From an uncultured Acidobacteriota bacterium (GTDB lineage Bacteria > Acidobacteriota > Thermoanaerobaculia > UBA5066 > Gp7-AA6): DNA of 64,000 nt. Each line of letters opens with the position of its first letter. Within the stretch, counting starts at the first letter, position 1. The DNA lies in assembly GCA_963742245.1 (NCBI GenBank), contig CAVULG010000006.1:36962-100961 (forward strand), written 5' to 3'. The notes below the pieces were generated by a model. The model saw only the letters and a list, made by a program, of their open reading frames with translations, searched no databases and was not told the origin of the DNA. The translations under genes were made by a program, and so were the position numbers. Shown here piece by piece: positions 39,921 to 51,485 of this stretch.

Positions 39921-39926
39921 ATTATA
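39921..39926 (-). promoter_or_regulatory. -10 box TATAAT 6 nt before the GTG start of the M20 gene (leaderless arrangement)
   Basis: The minus strand reads tataat-ccgcgc-GTG (39914). Confidence 0.5.
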
Positions 39927-39943
39927 GAAGCGCCCGGGGGCGA

Positions 39944-39949
39944 TAAGAT
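39944..39949 (+). promoter_or_regulatory. -10 box TAAGAT 6 nt before the GTG start of the O-methyltransferase gene
   Basis: taagat-cggcgc-GTG (39956). Confidence 0.45.
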
Positions 39950-39955
39950 CGGCGC

Positions 39956-40591
39956 GTGAACCTCATCGCGCCGGAGCTCGACCGCTACATCCTCGATCTG
40001 CTTCCGCCGCGCGACCCCGTCATCGCCGAGATGGAGGCGTACGCCGCCGAGCACGACGTGCCGATCGTCGGCCCGGCCGTCGGCACGCTGCTCGAGACCC
40101 TCGCGCGCTCGATCTCCGCGGAGCGCGTCTTCGAGATGGGCAGCGCGATCGGATATTCAACGGCCTTCTTCGCCCGGGCCGTGGGACGCGGCGGACAGGT
40201 CGTCTACACCGACGGCAGCGCCGAGAAGGCGGAGCAGGCGCGGGGCTATCTCTCCCGCATGGAGGGCGACGTGCTCGACCGCGTCCAGATCCGCGTCGGC
40301 GACGCCGCGGCCTTGCTCGACGCCACGACGGGCTACTACGACGTGATCTTCATCGACGTGGACAAGGACGGCTATCCCCGCTGCCTCCAGTCGGCGGCGC
40401 CGCGGGTGCGCCGCGGCGGATACCTCGTGGCCGACAACGTCCTGTGGTCGGGCAAGGTCGTCGATCCCGCCGTGCAGGACGCCGCGACCGAGGGCATCCG
40501 CCAGTTCAACAAGCGCCTCTTCGCCCTCCAGGAGTTCCGGACCGTGATCGTGCCCCTGCGCGACGGCGTCGCGATCGCGAGGCGGGAGTAG
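39956..40591 (+). CDS. class I SAM-dependent O-methyltransferase (caffeoyl-CoA OMT-like, family 3)
   Basis: VFEMGSAIGYST (motif I), IFIDVDKDGY and GGYLVADNVLWSG are typical of Methyltransf_3. Confidence 0.85.
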   Translation: MNLIAPELDRYILDLLPPRDPVIAEMEAYAAEHDVPIVGPAVGTLLETLARSISAERVFEMGSAIGYSTAFFARAVGRGGQVVYTDGSAEKAEQARGYLSRMEGDVLDRVQIRVGDAAALLDATTGYYDVIFIDVDKDGYPRCLQSAAPRVRRGGYLVADNVLWSGKVVDPAVQDAATEGIRQFNKRLFALQEFRTVIVPLRDGVAIARRE

Positions 40592-40593
40592 CC

Positions 40594-41740
40594 GTGCGGG
40601 AGCTCGAAGCGCGGTTCGCGCGGCTTTCCGGAGAAGCCGACCTCGACCTCTTCGAGGGCGCGCTCCTCGTGTCCCTGCTCGTCGATCCGGACGAAGACCT
40701 CGACGCCGCGCGGCAGGAGGTCGCCGCGCTCGCCGCCCGCGTCGCGACGAGCGTCGCCGGGGGAGAAGCCCCCTACGCGGCGCTCGCGGAGGTGCTCTTC
40801 GTCGAGGAAGCCTGGGGCGGCGACGAGGAGGACTACGACCAGCCCTCGAACTCCTCGGTCGCGCGGGTCGTCGCCCGCCGGCAAGGGCATGCCGATCACG
40901 CTCTCGATCCTGGCGATCGAAGTCGGCCGCCTCGCGGGCATGCGCCTGACGGGGATCGGCCTTCCCGGGCACTTCGTCGTGGGAGGCCCGGACCTGCCGG
41001 AGGGGATGTACCTCGATCCCTTCGACGGCGGAACGCTGCACGATTCCGGCGGGCTCGCCCGGCGTCTCGCGTCGATCTTCGGGCAGCCGATGGCCGTCGG
41101 CCGCGAGGCGCTCGAGCCGGACCCTCCGCGCGCGATCCTGGCGCGCGTGCTCCTCAACCTGCGGCGGTCCTACGAGCGGCGCGACCGCTGGGAGGAGGCC
41201 CTCGAGGCGCTCACGTGCGCCGAGGCGCTCCTGGGCGAGGACGCCGGCCTTCTGCGCGAGCGCGGAATGCTGCTCTTGAAGTGCGGGCGTCCCGAAGAGG
41301 CGCTGCCCGTGCTCGAGATGGCCGCGGAGGCGGCGGAGGGCAACGACGCCGAGATGCTCCTGCGGCTCGTCGAAGCCGTGCGCGCCCGCGGCGCTGAGGC
41401 CCTCGACGCGCTCGACGACACGGGCGAGGCTGCGGAGGCCGGCGAGAAGCGGATCTTCACGCTCGAGGAGGCCCGCGCGCTCATGCCGCAGGTCCGCGAA
41501 CGGACGAACGAGGCGGTGGAGCAGTACGCGCGCCTCTCGGGCGACCTCGAGGACGCGCGGATGGAGATCGTCCGCGCCTGGGCCGAGGAGATGCAGGCGC
41601 TCGGCGCCGAGATCAAGGGCCTCTGGCTCGTCGACTTCGACTCGGGGGCGGGGTACTACTGCTGGAAGTATCCGGAGGTCTCGCTCAACCACTTCCACTC
41701 GTACGAGGAAGGGTTCGGGGGACGGCTGCCGCTCAACTAG
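40594..41740 (+). pseudogene. SirB1-like transglutaminase-fold/TPR protein fused to a DUF2203 domain; one frameshift near 40885 as assembled
   Basis: N-terminal LDLFEGALLVS...EEAWGGDEEDYDQPSNSSV, then a frame change to ...PITLSILAIEVGRLAGMRLTGIGLPGHFVV... (SirB1/UPF0162 signature). C-terminal IFTLEEARALMP...LVDFDSGAGYYCWKYPE..HFH is DUF2203-like. Confidence 0.6.
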
Positions 41741-41758
41741 GAAGGGCGGCCGCGGTCC

Positions 41759-41829
41759 TGAAGAGGGCGGCCGCAAGGGCCGCCCCTACGAGGGTTCGGC
41801 GTAGGGGCGGGGCTCGTCCCCGCCCTTCC
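41759..41829. repeat. second locus of the REP-like palindromic unit pair
   Basis: gagggcggccgcaagggccgcccctac is the reverse complement of the 26390 unit. It is followed by gtaggggcggggctcgtccccgcccttcc. A partial third unit is at 41740-41758. Confidence 0.75.
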
Positions 41830-42326
41830 TACACCGTCCCCCAGTCCACCCGCGGCGTCAGGACGCGCACGAACTCTTCGAGCCCCGCGCGATCCACCTC
41901 GTCGAAGCGATCTTTCTCCGGCGCGTCGACGTCGAGCACGCCGACGAGCTTCCCGCCTACGACGATCGGCACGACGATCTCGGAGCGCGACGCCGCATCG
42001 CAGGCGATGTGTCCGGGGAAAGCGAGGACGTCGGGGACGACGAGCGTCTCGCGGCGCGCGGCCGCCGTGCCGCACACGCCCTTGCCGAGGGCGATGCGCA
42101 CGCACGCGGGCTTGCCCTGAAACGGCCCCAGCACGAGCTCGCCGCCGCGCAGCAGGTAGAAGCCGCACCAGTTGATCCCCTCGAGGGCCTGGGCGAGCAG
42201 GCCCGAGGAGTTCGCCAGGTTCGCGAGCCCGTCGGTCTCGCCTTCGAGCAGCGACGCGAGCGAAGCGGCGAGATCCCGATAGAGCGCGGGTTTCGGGAGA
42301 CCGCGGTCGATCGAAGCCTCGAACAC
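41829..42326 (-). CDS. GAF domain protein, free methionine-(R)-sulfoxide reductase-like (MsrC/YebR family)
   Basis: LVLGPFQGKPACVRIALGKGVCGTAA and SEIVVPI motifs. The GTG start at 42326 was chosen by family length (~165 aa). Confidence 0.75.
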   Translation of the reverse strand: MFEASIDRGLPKPALYRDLAASLASLLEGETDGLANLANSSGLLAQALEGINWCGFYLLRGGELVLGPFQGKPACVRIALGKGVCGTAAARRETLVVPDVLAFPGHIACDAASRSEIVVPIVVGGKLVGVLDVDAPEKDRFDEVDRAGLEEFVRVLTPRVDWGTV

Positions 42327-42333
42327 GAGGCGA

Positions 42334-42339
42334 ATTCTA
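42334..42339 (-). promoter_or_regulatory. -10 box TAGAAT 7 nt before the GTG start (leaderless arrangement)
   Basis: The minus strand reads tagaat-tcgcctc-GTG. Confidence 0.5.
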
Positions 42340-42354
42340 TAGGATGCGCGCGCG

Positions 42355-43266
42355 ATGTCCGTGCTCGCCGGCCGCACTCTCCTGACGTACATCGCCCTGT
42401 GCGCCGTCTGGGGCTCGACGTGGCTCGTGATCAAGATCGGCCTGAGGGACCTGCCGCCCCTCTGGTTCGGCGCGATCCGGATGACGCTCGCGTGCGCCCT
42501 GATCGCGCCCTTCGCGTTCGCCCGCGGCGCGCGGGAAGCCGCGCGCGGCCGGAGCGGACGCATCGCGTTCTCCGGCTTCCTGCAGATCGGCGTCAACTAC
42601 GCCTGCGTCTTCGTCGCCGAGCAGTGGATCGAGTCGGGTCTCGCGGCCATGCTCTTCGCGACGTTCCCGCTCTTTGCGGGTCTCTTCGCGCATGCGATGC
42701 TGCCGAACGAGCCGCTCACGCGCCGCGCCCTCGGCTCGGCCGGGCTCGGCATCCTCGGCGTGGTGATCATCGAGTGGCATTCGCTCGTGCGCCTCTTTTC
42801 GGGCGAGCCCGGGATGCGCGTGGCCGGCAGCGCGCTCGCCCTGCTCGCGTCGCTGACCGCCGCCTACGCCAACGTCTTCAACAAGCGCTATCTCCAGGGG
42901 GTGCCGGCGGCATGGAACGTCTGGCTCCAGACGCTCTCGGGCTCCGGGCTGCTGCTCGTCCTGGCGCTCGGGTTCGAGCGCCACGCCGCCCTGCGCTGGA
43001 CGCCGTCCTCGGTCTCCGCGCTCCTCTATCTCTCGATCTTCGGGACGGTGCTGCCTTTCGCAGGGCTCTTCTGGCTCATCCACCGCGTGCCGGTCTCGGT
43101 CATCGGGACGATCCCGATCGTCGACACGGTCATCGCCGTCATCCTCGGCAACCTGATCCTCCACGAGAGCTTCTCGCCGCGGGTCCTGGCGGGGGCCGCG
43201 CTGATCCTCGGGGCCGTGCTGCTCGCTTCGACCCGGCGATCCCGGTTGGCCGCCCCGGCGCACTGA
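42355..43266 (+). CDS. EamA family (DMT superfamily) transporter
   Basis: 303 aa with 10 TM helices and two EamA repeats. Confidence 0.85.
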   Translation: MSVLAGRTLLTYIALCAVWGSTWLVIKIGLRDLPPLWFGAIRMTLACALIAPFAFARGAREAARGRSGRIAFSGFLQIGVNYACVFVAEQWIESGLAAMLFATFPLFAGLFAHAMLPNEPLTRRALGSAGLGILGVVIIEWHSLVRLFSGEPGMRVAGSALALLASLTAAYANVFNKRYLQGVPAAWNVWLQTLSGSGLLLVLALGFERHAALRWTPSSVSALLYLSIFGTVLPFAGLFWLIHRVPVSVIGTIPIVDTVIAVILGNLILHESFSPRVLAGAALILGAVLLASTRRSRLAAPAH

Positions 43267-43336
43267 GTCGAAAGCGGGCCTCCTTCTTGCAGTGTCTGGC
43301 CCGGGCGGCACCCGTGCGCCCGGAGGAACACCAGAC

Positions 43337-44329
43337 ATGTCGAGCCCCATGGCCCTGCGCCTGCGTCCGCCCTTCCGGCAGGCGAAGCCGCAGCCGGAAG
43401 CCGGGTCGGCGCCGGGGCTGCAGGAGGCCCCGGAGCGGATTCCCGTCCGCGCCGGCCGCTTCGCCGTGGTCGGAGACCTCCAGCCGACTTCGGCCTTCGA
43501 GGTGTGGAGGGAGTCCAACCACGCCGAGCGCCGGGAAATCGTGCGCGCGATCGCGCGCGAGAGGCCCGATTTCCTGGCGATGATGGGCGACCTCGTCTTC
43601 TGCGGCTCCTCGGCGGACGCGTGGTCGGATTTCGACCGCCTCTGCGCGCCGCTCTCCTCGGCCGGCGTGCCGATGTACCCGGTTCTCGGCAACCACGAGC
43701 ACTGGATTCGCCAGCGCGCCGCGCTGCCGAACTTCTTCGCGCGCTTCCCGCACCTGCGCGGCCGGCACTGGTACGCCGCGACGTACGGTCCGGTCGGCCT
43801 CGTCTTCCTCGACTCGAACTTCCACTGGCTGCCGCCCGCGCGCTGGAACGCGCAGAAGGCCTGGTTAGCCGACGTCCTCCGGCGTTTCGACGCCGCCGCG
43901 GAGATCCGCAGCGTTCTCGTCTTCCTCCATCACCCGCCCTTCACGAACAGCCGTGTCACCTCCGACACCGCGCACGTGCAGCGCTATCTTCTCGAGCCCT
44001 TCACGTCGGCGAGAAAGACTGCCGCGATGTTCTCCGGCCACGTGCACAGCTACGAACGGTTCCTCCGCGGGGGCAAGAACCTGATCGTCACCGGCGGCGG
44101 GGGAGGACCGCGTGTCTCTCTGGCGGAGGGCGCGCGCCGGCGCCACGCCGACGACGCCTTCCCGGGCCCTCCCGTGCGCGCCTTTCACTACCTGGTGCTG
44201 GCCCTCGGCGACGAGGGGCTCGACGTCGAGGTCCGCGGTCTGGCCAAGGGCGGCGCGGTCTTCGAGCCGATGGACCGGTTCCGCCTCGACTGGCCGGACA
44301 TGGCCGCGACTCCCGCGGTGCCGCGATGA
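43337..44329 (+). CDS. metallophosphoesterase (calcineurin-like)
   Basis: GDLQ, MGDLVF, GNHE, HHPPF and GHVHSYE motifs. The alternative start at 43292 is less likely. Confidence 0.8.
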   Translation: MSSPMALRLRPPFRQAKPQPEAGSAPGLQEAPERIPVRAGRFAVVGDLQPTSAFEVWRESNHAERREIVRAIARERPDFLAMMGDLVFCGSSADAWSDFDRLCAPLSSAGVPMYPVLGNHEHWIRQRAALPNFFARFPHLRGRHWYAATYGPVGLVFLDSNFHWLPPARWNAQKAWLADVLRRFDAAAEIRSVLVFLHHPPFTNSRVTSDTAHVQRYLLEPFTSARKTAAMFSGHVHSYERFLRGGKNLIVTGGGGGPRVSLAEGARRRHADDAFPGPPVRAFHYLVLALGDEGLDVEVRGLAKGGAVFEPMDRFRLDWPDMAATPAVPR

Positions 44330-45356
44330 CCTACCTCGGCGAGGAGGGTGTGCGCGCGCGGGTCCGCAGCCTCTCGCGAGGATGGTTCCGGACGCGCGAT
44401 GCGGGCCCGCGGCTTCCGCGGGCGCTTCTGGTCGTCGGGCACCGCGGCTCGCCCCGCTTCGCCGCGGAGAACACGCTGGCGTCGTTTCGCTGCGCGGTCG
44501 CCGAGGGCGCCGACGCGATCGAGGCCGACGTCTGCGCCACGGCCGACGGCGAGTTCCTTCTCTGGCACGACGCGGATCCGAACGACCCCGTCGCGCTCGT
44601 TCGCCAGGTGGGCGGGGAGGGCCTCCTGTACCAGCCCGACGTCCCTCCGCCCGGCGACGCCGGCCGGCGTCCCGTGCGCGAACAGACTTCCGAGGCGTTC
44701 CGGGCACGCCATCGGTACGTGCGCCGCCGCGACTCCGCACCGGGTGATGGCATCGTCCCCCCCGAGGAAGCCGCCGGTCGCCGCCCTCGCGGAGTTGCTC
44801 GTCTGGGCCGCCGGCGAGGAGCGCCTGACCGACGTGCTCCTCGACCTCAAGCTCGGCCCGGAGAGAGACAGGCGCGGCCCGCGAGCTCGTGGCGTTCCTG
44901 AAGGAGCTCGAAGCGACCGAGGCGCTCGACGGGCTCATCGTGCGGCTGCTCTCCCCGCAGGCCGAGATCGTCGCGGCCCTGCGGGACGCCGGCGCGGATT
45001 CCGGCGGATCGATCCGCATCAGCGCGGATTTCGAGCTGCCCGGCGCGCCCGAGCTCGCGCCCGGGATCGGCGTGCGCGACGTGAGCCTCGGCCTCGGAAG
45101 ACGGCTGTGGCCGGGCTTCCGCGGCGACGTCGAGCGCTGCGTGGCGCTGCGTCAGCGCGGCATCGTCGGCGCCGTCGTCGCCTGGACGATCCAGGATGCC
45201 ACGCGCCTGCAGGAGCTCGCCAACATCGGCGTCGACGGCATCCTGACCGACGACGTCCCTTCGCTGCGGCGGATCGCCGGGCCGCGGCCGCCACGGCGCT
45301 TCGTGCCGTGGGCGCCTTCCGTCGGCCGCGCTCAGGCCGGGTTGGGCAGGAAGTAG
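44326..45356 (+). pseudogene. glycerophosphodiester phosphodiesterase family protein; two frameshifts (~44745, ~44875) as assembled
   Basis: VGHRGSPRFAAENTLASF...ADAIEADV is the GDPD signature. It continues in a second frame ([24 protein letters not shown]) and a third frame (...[27 protein letters not shown]). The ATG overlaps the upstream stop. Confidence 0.65.
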
Positions 45357-46391
45357 AAGGCGATCGAGGCGATCAGATACAGGGCGAGCAGCTGCACGCC
45401 CTCGAGCCAGTTCGTTTCGCCGTCGAGCGACACGTAGGCGAAGATCGCCGACGAGGCGAAGAGCGTCACGAGCTCGATCGGCTGGAAGATCAGGTCCATC
45501 GGGTGGATGAAGAGGCTCAGCAGCACCAGGAAGGGCGCGACGAACATCGCGATCTGGGTCGAGGAGTTCGCCGCGATCGAGATTGACAGGTCCATCTGGT
45601 TGCGCCGCGCGAACGTGATCGCGCCGTAGTGCTCCGCCACGTTGCCCACGATCGGGATCACGATCAGTCCCACGAAGAACTGCGACAGCCCCAGGGATCG
45701 CGAAACCGGCTCGACGGCGTGGACGAGCAGCTCGCTCGCCACGGCCGTCCCGACGACCGCCGCCGAGAGGACTCCGAGGGACTTCGCGAGGGTCCAGTGC
45801 TTTCCCGGCGGGTGGGCGTGCGCGTCGGGGGAGTCCTTCTTCGAGCGCGCCTCCCGGGAGAAGTAGGAGTAGTAGAGGTAGGCGGCGTACGTGAGGAGCA
45901 GGAGGATCGAGACGCCGATCGAGACCTCCTCGCGCACCCAGGCGTCCTTCTCGACCGTCGCGAAGACGGCCGGCAGGGCCATCGCCGACACCGCCAGGAT
46001 CATCATCGCGGCATGCCGTCCGGTCGATCTTCACGTCGAAGCGCTGTGTGCCGTGCTTGACGCCGCCGGCGAGCGCCGAAAGCCCCAGGATCAAGAGCGT
46101 GTTGCCGATGATCGAGCCGGTGATCGAGGCCTTCACGAGGTCCGTCAGGCCCTGGCGGAGGGCAAAGAACGTGATGATGAGCTCGGCGGCGTTGCCGAAG
46201 GTCGCGTTGAGCAGTCCCCCGAGAGAGCTGCCCAGGCGCGTGGCCGCGTGCTCGGTCGCGAGACCGATCCAGCCCGCGAGCGGCAGGAGCGCGAGCGCCG
46301 AGAACAGGAAGATCGTCCACTCCGGCGCGTGAAGAATCCGGCAGAGGATCGCCGCCGGAAGCCCGAGGATCAGGAAGGCGAGAAAGCGCAT
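45332..46391 (-). pseudogene. Ca2+/H+ antiporter (CaCA family, ChaA/Cax-like); one frameshift near 46015 as assembled
   Basis: [13 protein letters not shown] alpha-1 repeat in the N-terminal part. [13 protein letters not shown] alpha-2 repeat in ORF 45332..46006. Confidence 0.75.
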
Positions 46392-46408
46392 GCGCTTCCG
46401 TCAGTTCC

Positions 46409-47062
46409 TCAATCCCGCACCGGAGGCTTCACGCCGCACGGCTCGACGCCGTGCAGGATGGAGTCCTCGAAGGTGTCGCCGGACGGCTGCAGGCGGATGT
46501 CGAGCGTCGTCTCGAGGATGGCGTCCTTTCCCGGGCCGGGGCTCTTCACGAAGCCGAACTGGCCGAGCGCGTCCGACTCGGCGCGCTCGCCGGGGCGGAG
46601 CAGCGGATCGTCCGCGAAGAGCAGCGTGACGTTCGAATGGGGCGGAACGTCCTTTCCGCCGGCACCCCAGAGCTGGGTGTGGATGTGCGCGGGCTCGGTC
46701 CGGTTGGGATACGGCCCGGGCCGGATCGTGAGGAACTCGAAGCGGCCCTCGGAGTCCGTGAGCATCCACCCCTTGATGCGGGGGCTCCTCGACGACGACG
46801 AAGCGCCCGCCGGCACGTACAGGCCCGTGGCGTCGGTCTGGTAGACGTAGAGGATGACTCCCGCGGCGGGCGTCACGCCGTCCGGGCGGTAGACGCGGCC
46901 GCGGACGCGCAGGGGCGTTCCGGGCTCGCCCTTCGCGACGAGGACGGCGCTCGACTTCGCCGTGGCACAGGGATTCGCGGTCTGCGCCTGGGCGCCTGCG
47001 GCCACGAGAACGGCCGCGAGGACCGCGCCGGCGCCGCCTAGCGCGCGTAGATCGGCAGCCAC
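46409..47062 (-). CDS. intradiol ring-cleavage dioxygenase-like protein, secreted
   Basis: GRVYRPDG...TDSEGRFEFLTIRPGPYP....PAHIH is the dioxygenase-fold signature. The GTG start at 47062 is inferred and gives a signal-like AVLAAVLVAAGAQA. Confidence 0.55.
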   Translation of the reverse strand: MAADLRALGGAGAVLAAVLVAAGAQAQTANPCATAKSSAVLVAKGEPGTPLRVRGRVYRPDGVTPAAGVILYVYQTDATGLYVPAGASSSSRSPRIKGWMLTDSEGRFEFLTIRPGPYPNRTEPAHIHTQLWGAGGKDVPPHSNVTLLFADDPLLRPGERAESDALGQFGFVKSPGPGKDAILETTLDIRLQPSGDTFEDSILHGVEPCGVKPPVRD

Positions 47063-47343
47063 GGTCGCGTCAGGTAGTCCGAAGCCGTGATCAGGATCAG
47101 GAACGCGAGCCAGAGCACGCTCGCCGAGACGATGAAGAGCGTCAGCTTCGGCGAGCCGCGCAGATGCATGAAGATCCAGGCGACCATCAGGGCTTTCGTC
47201 ACCGCGATCGCGAGCGCCAGCGGCGTGTTCCAGACTCCGAGGTGCTGGAACGCGGCCCACACCGTCAGCGCGGTCAACGCCATGAGGGCCGTGAAGACGG
47301 CGAGGTAGGGGCGGATCGACGAACTGTGTTCTTTCGCGCTCAC
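47038..47343 (-). CDS. cytochrome c oxidase subunit IV (small, prokaryotic type)
   Basis: 101 aa with 3 TM helices. The GTG start overlaps the subunit III stop (GTGA). Position is within the cox operon. Confidence 0.75.
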   Translation of the reverse strand: MSAKEHSSSIRPYLAVFTALMALTALTVWAAFQHLGVWNTPLALAIAVTKALMVAWIFMHLRGSPKLTLFIVSASVLWLAFLILITASDYLTRPWLPIYAR

Positions 47344-48030
47344 AGCGTGTGCCTCCCCAGCAGGTACAGCAGCGGGAACAGAAAGATCCAGACGACGTCG
47401 ACGAAGTGCCAGTACAGCCCGACCATGTCGACCGGCGTGTTGTAGCGCGGCGTGAAGTCTCCGCGCTGGGCGCGGCGGACGAGCCACAACAGGAGCCCGA
47501 TCCCGATGATCATGTGGAGCGCGTGGAGCCCCGTCATGCAGAAGTAGAGCGAGAAGAAGAGCTCGGTCTGCGGCGGCAGGCCGTCGGGGGAGACGAAGTG
47601 CGGCCCGGGGACCTCGTGGTGGTCGAACTTCTGCTTGTACTCGATCACCTTGACGCCGAGAAACGTCGCGCCGAGAACGATCGTCAGCAGGAGAAAGAGG
47701 ACAATGAGCTTCTTGCGCCCGAGCGACGACGCCCAGACGGCGAGCGCCATCGTCAGCGAGGAGAGGATGAGCACCGCCGTGTTGAAGGCCCCGAGCCTGA
47801 TGTCGAGCAGGTTCGAGGCGCCCTCGAACGCCGTCCGGTAGGTCGCGCGGTAGATCACGTAGGCCGTGAACATTCCGCCGAAGAAGAGGACCTCGGTGAC
47901 GAGAAACACCCACATGCCGAGCGTCGAGGCCTCCTTCTGGGCCGCGAGGTTGACGAAGTGGTGCTGGAGCTCCGGGGCGTCGCCCGAGCCGTGAGGCGCC
48001 GCGTGGGCTGCCTGCGCTTGCGTCAGCCCG

Positions 48031-48038
<8 letters not shown>
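47340..48038 (-). CDS. ctaE: cytochrome c oxidase subunit III
   Basis: [17 protein letters not shown] and [15 protein letters not shown]...[13 protein letters not shown] motifs. Confidence 0.9.
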
Positions 48039-49671
<1,633 letters not shown>

Positions 49672-49675
<4 letters not shown>

Positions 49676-50637
49676 GGCTGGACGGGTTTCCTTTCCGCGG
49701 CGGCTCCCGGAGTCGCAGCCGGAGAGAGCGATTTGATGTACGCCGTCAGCTGCAGCAGGCCTTCCTCGCTGATGAGGCCCTGGAAGGTCGGCATGATCGG
49801 CGGGTAGCCCTCGACGAGCCGCGCCTGCGGATTGGTGATCGATTCGCGGATGTAGGTCTCGTCGGCGACCACGATCTGGCCGTTGGCGAGGCGCACTGGG
49901 TTTCCGTAGAGGCCGTTGAGCGACGGGCCGCGCGCGCCCTTCTGCTCGCCGTGACAGGTGTTGCAGGCATGCTCGACGAAGCGCTTGGCCCCGGCCGAGG
50001 CGAGCGATTCGCCGGCCTCGCCTCCCGCGAGCCAGGCCTGGTACTCCGCCGGCGACATCGCGTAGACCCAGCCGATCATCCCGGAGTGCCGCGTCCCGCA
50101 GAACTCGGCGCAGAAGAGGTGGTACTTGCCGGGCTTCGTCGCCTCGAACCACGCGGTCGAGAACCGGCCCGGGACCACGTCCCGCTTGAAGCGGAAGGCC
50201 GGCACGAAGAAGGAGTGGATGACGTCCTCGGAGGCCATCGTGAGGCGCACCGGCTGGCCGACGGGAACGTGCAGCTCGTTCATCTCGCGCTGGCCGTCGG
50301 CGTGCTGGATCTTCCACATCCACTGCTTGCCGGTGACGTAGACCTCGAGGGCGTCCGCGGGCGGGCGCGTGATGCGGAAGAAGACCTGCGCGCCCCACCA
50401 GAACATGACGAGGACGATCGCGAACGGCACGATCGTCCACCCGATCTCGAGCGCCACGGACTCGTGGATCTCGGTTGCGACCTCGTCGACGGAGCGGCGG
50501 CGGTACTTGATGGCGAAGACGACGACGAGCGTGCCGATCAACAGCGAGAAGAACGCGGTGACGGCGATCATGAAGCCGTACAGCGCGTCGACGTGCGGCG
50601 CGAACGAGGAGGCCTGCTCGGGGAAGATCGGCGGCAT
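49672..50637 (-). CDS. ctaC: cytochrome c oxidase subunit II with C-terminal cytochrome c domain (caa3 type)
   Basis: CuA site [15 protein letters not shown] and heme c site CNTCHG. Confidence 0.9.
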
Positions 50638-51485
50638 CAGCGGGAGGCTCCTGCATGGACGGCGCGGGCGCGGCGGCGGGACATGACGATCACGGCGCCG
50701 GCGATCAGGGCTAGCGTCGCGAGCCCCGCCAGCCGCACGATGTTGACGATGACCGGCCCGTACTTGCCGCTCGCCGGGTCGTAGTGGAAGCAGTAGAGGA
50801 GGATCTGGTCGACGGGCGTGCCGATCTTTCCGGCCGAGGCCTCGACGAGGCCGAGGCGCAGGTCCCGCGGGGCGTACTCGATCCCGTAGAAATAGCGCGC
50901 GAGGCGTCCGGCGGGGGTCGCGACCATGATCGCGCTCGCGTGCGCGAACTGGTCGAGCTGCTCGTCGTAGCGGTAACGAAACCCCACGGCCTGCGTCAGC
51001 GCCGCCACGGACTCGGGGCTGCCGGTCAGGAAGTGCCAGCCGTTCTCCGAGGCCGGGTGCTTGTACCGGCCGAGGTAGGCGTCCTTCTTGGCCGCGGCCA
51101 TCGCCGGCGTCTCGCGCGTGTCGAAGGAGACCGCGACGATGTCGAAGTCGCGCCCCGCCTCGAGCGACATGACGTTCAACGACGCGACGAGGCCGTTCAA
51201 GACCTGCGTGCAGAGCATCGGGCAGTTGTAATAGACGAGCGCGAGGATGACCGGCCGCTTGCCGAAGTAGTCGCCGAGCACGACGCTGCGCCCCGCCTCG
51301 TCCCGCAGGGGCAGCGCGAGCGGGAGCTGTTCGTCGAGGCGCTGGTCGATGCCGATCTCCTTCAGGATGTCCGGCTTCTGGTCCGCGCGCACGATCTCGT
51401 TGGGCGGCGGCGCCATGGACCCCTGCGCGAGGAGGGGGACGCTCATCGTCAGGGCGAGGGCGAAACCCGCCGTGACCGCTCTCAC
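50637..51485 (-). CDS. SCO family copper chaperone (Sco1/SenC) with C-terminal TM anchor
   Basis: Thioredoxin-like fold with a CPMLC motif and a conserved His (FAHASAI). Confidence 0.85.
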   Translation of the reverse strand: MRAVTAGFALALTMSVPLLAQGSMAPPPNEIVRADQKPDILKEIGIDQRLDEQLPLALPLRDEAGRSVVLGDYFGKRPVILALVYYNCPMLCTQVLNGLVASLNVMSLEAGRDFDIVAVSFDTRETPAMAAAKKDAYLGRYKHPASENGWHFLTGSPESVAALTQAVGFRYRYDEQLDQFAHASAIMVATPAGRLARYFYGIEYAPRDLRLGLVEASAGKIGTPVDQILLYCFHYDPASGKYGPVIVNIVRLAGLATLALIAGAVIVMSRRRARAVHAGASR

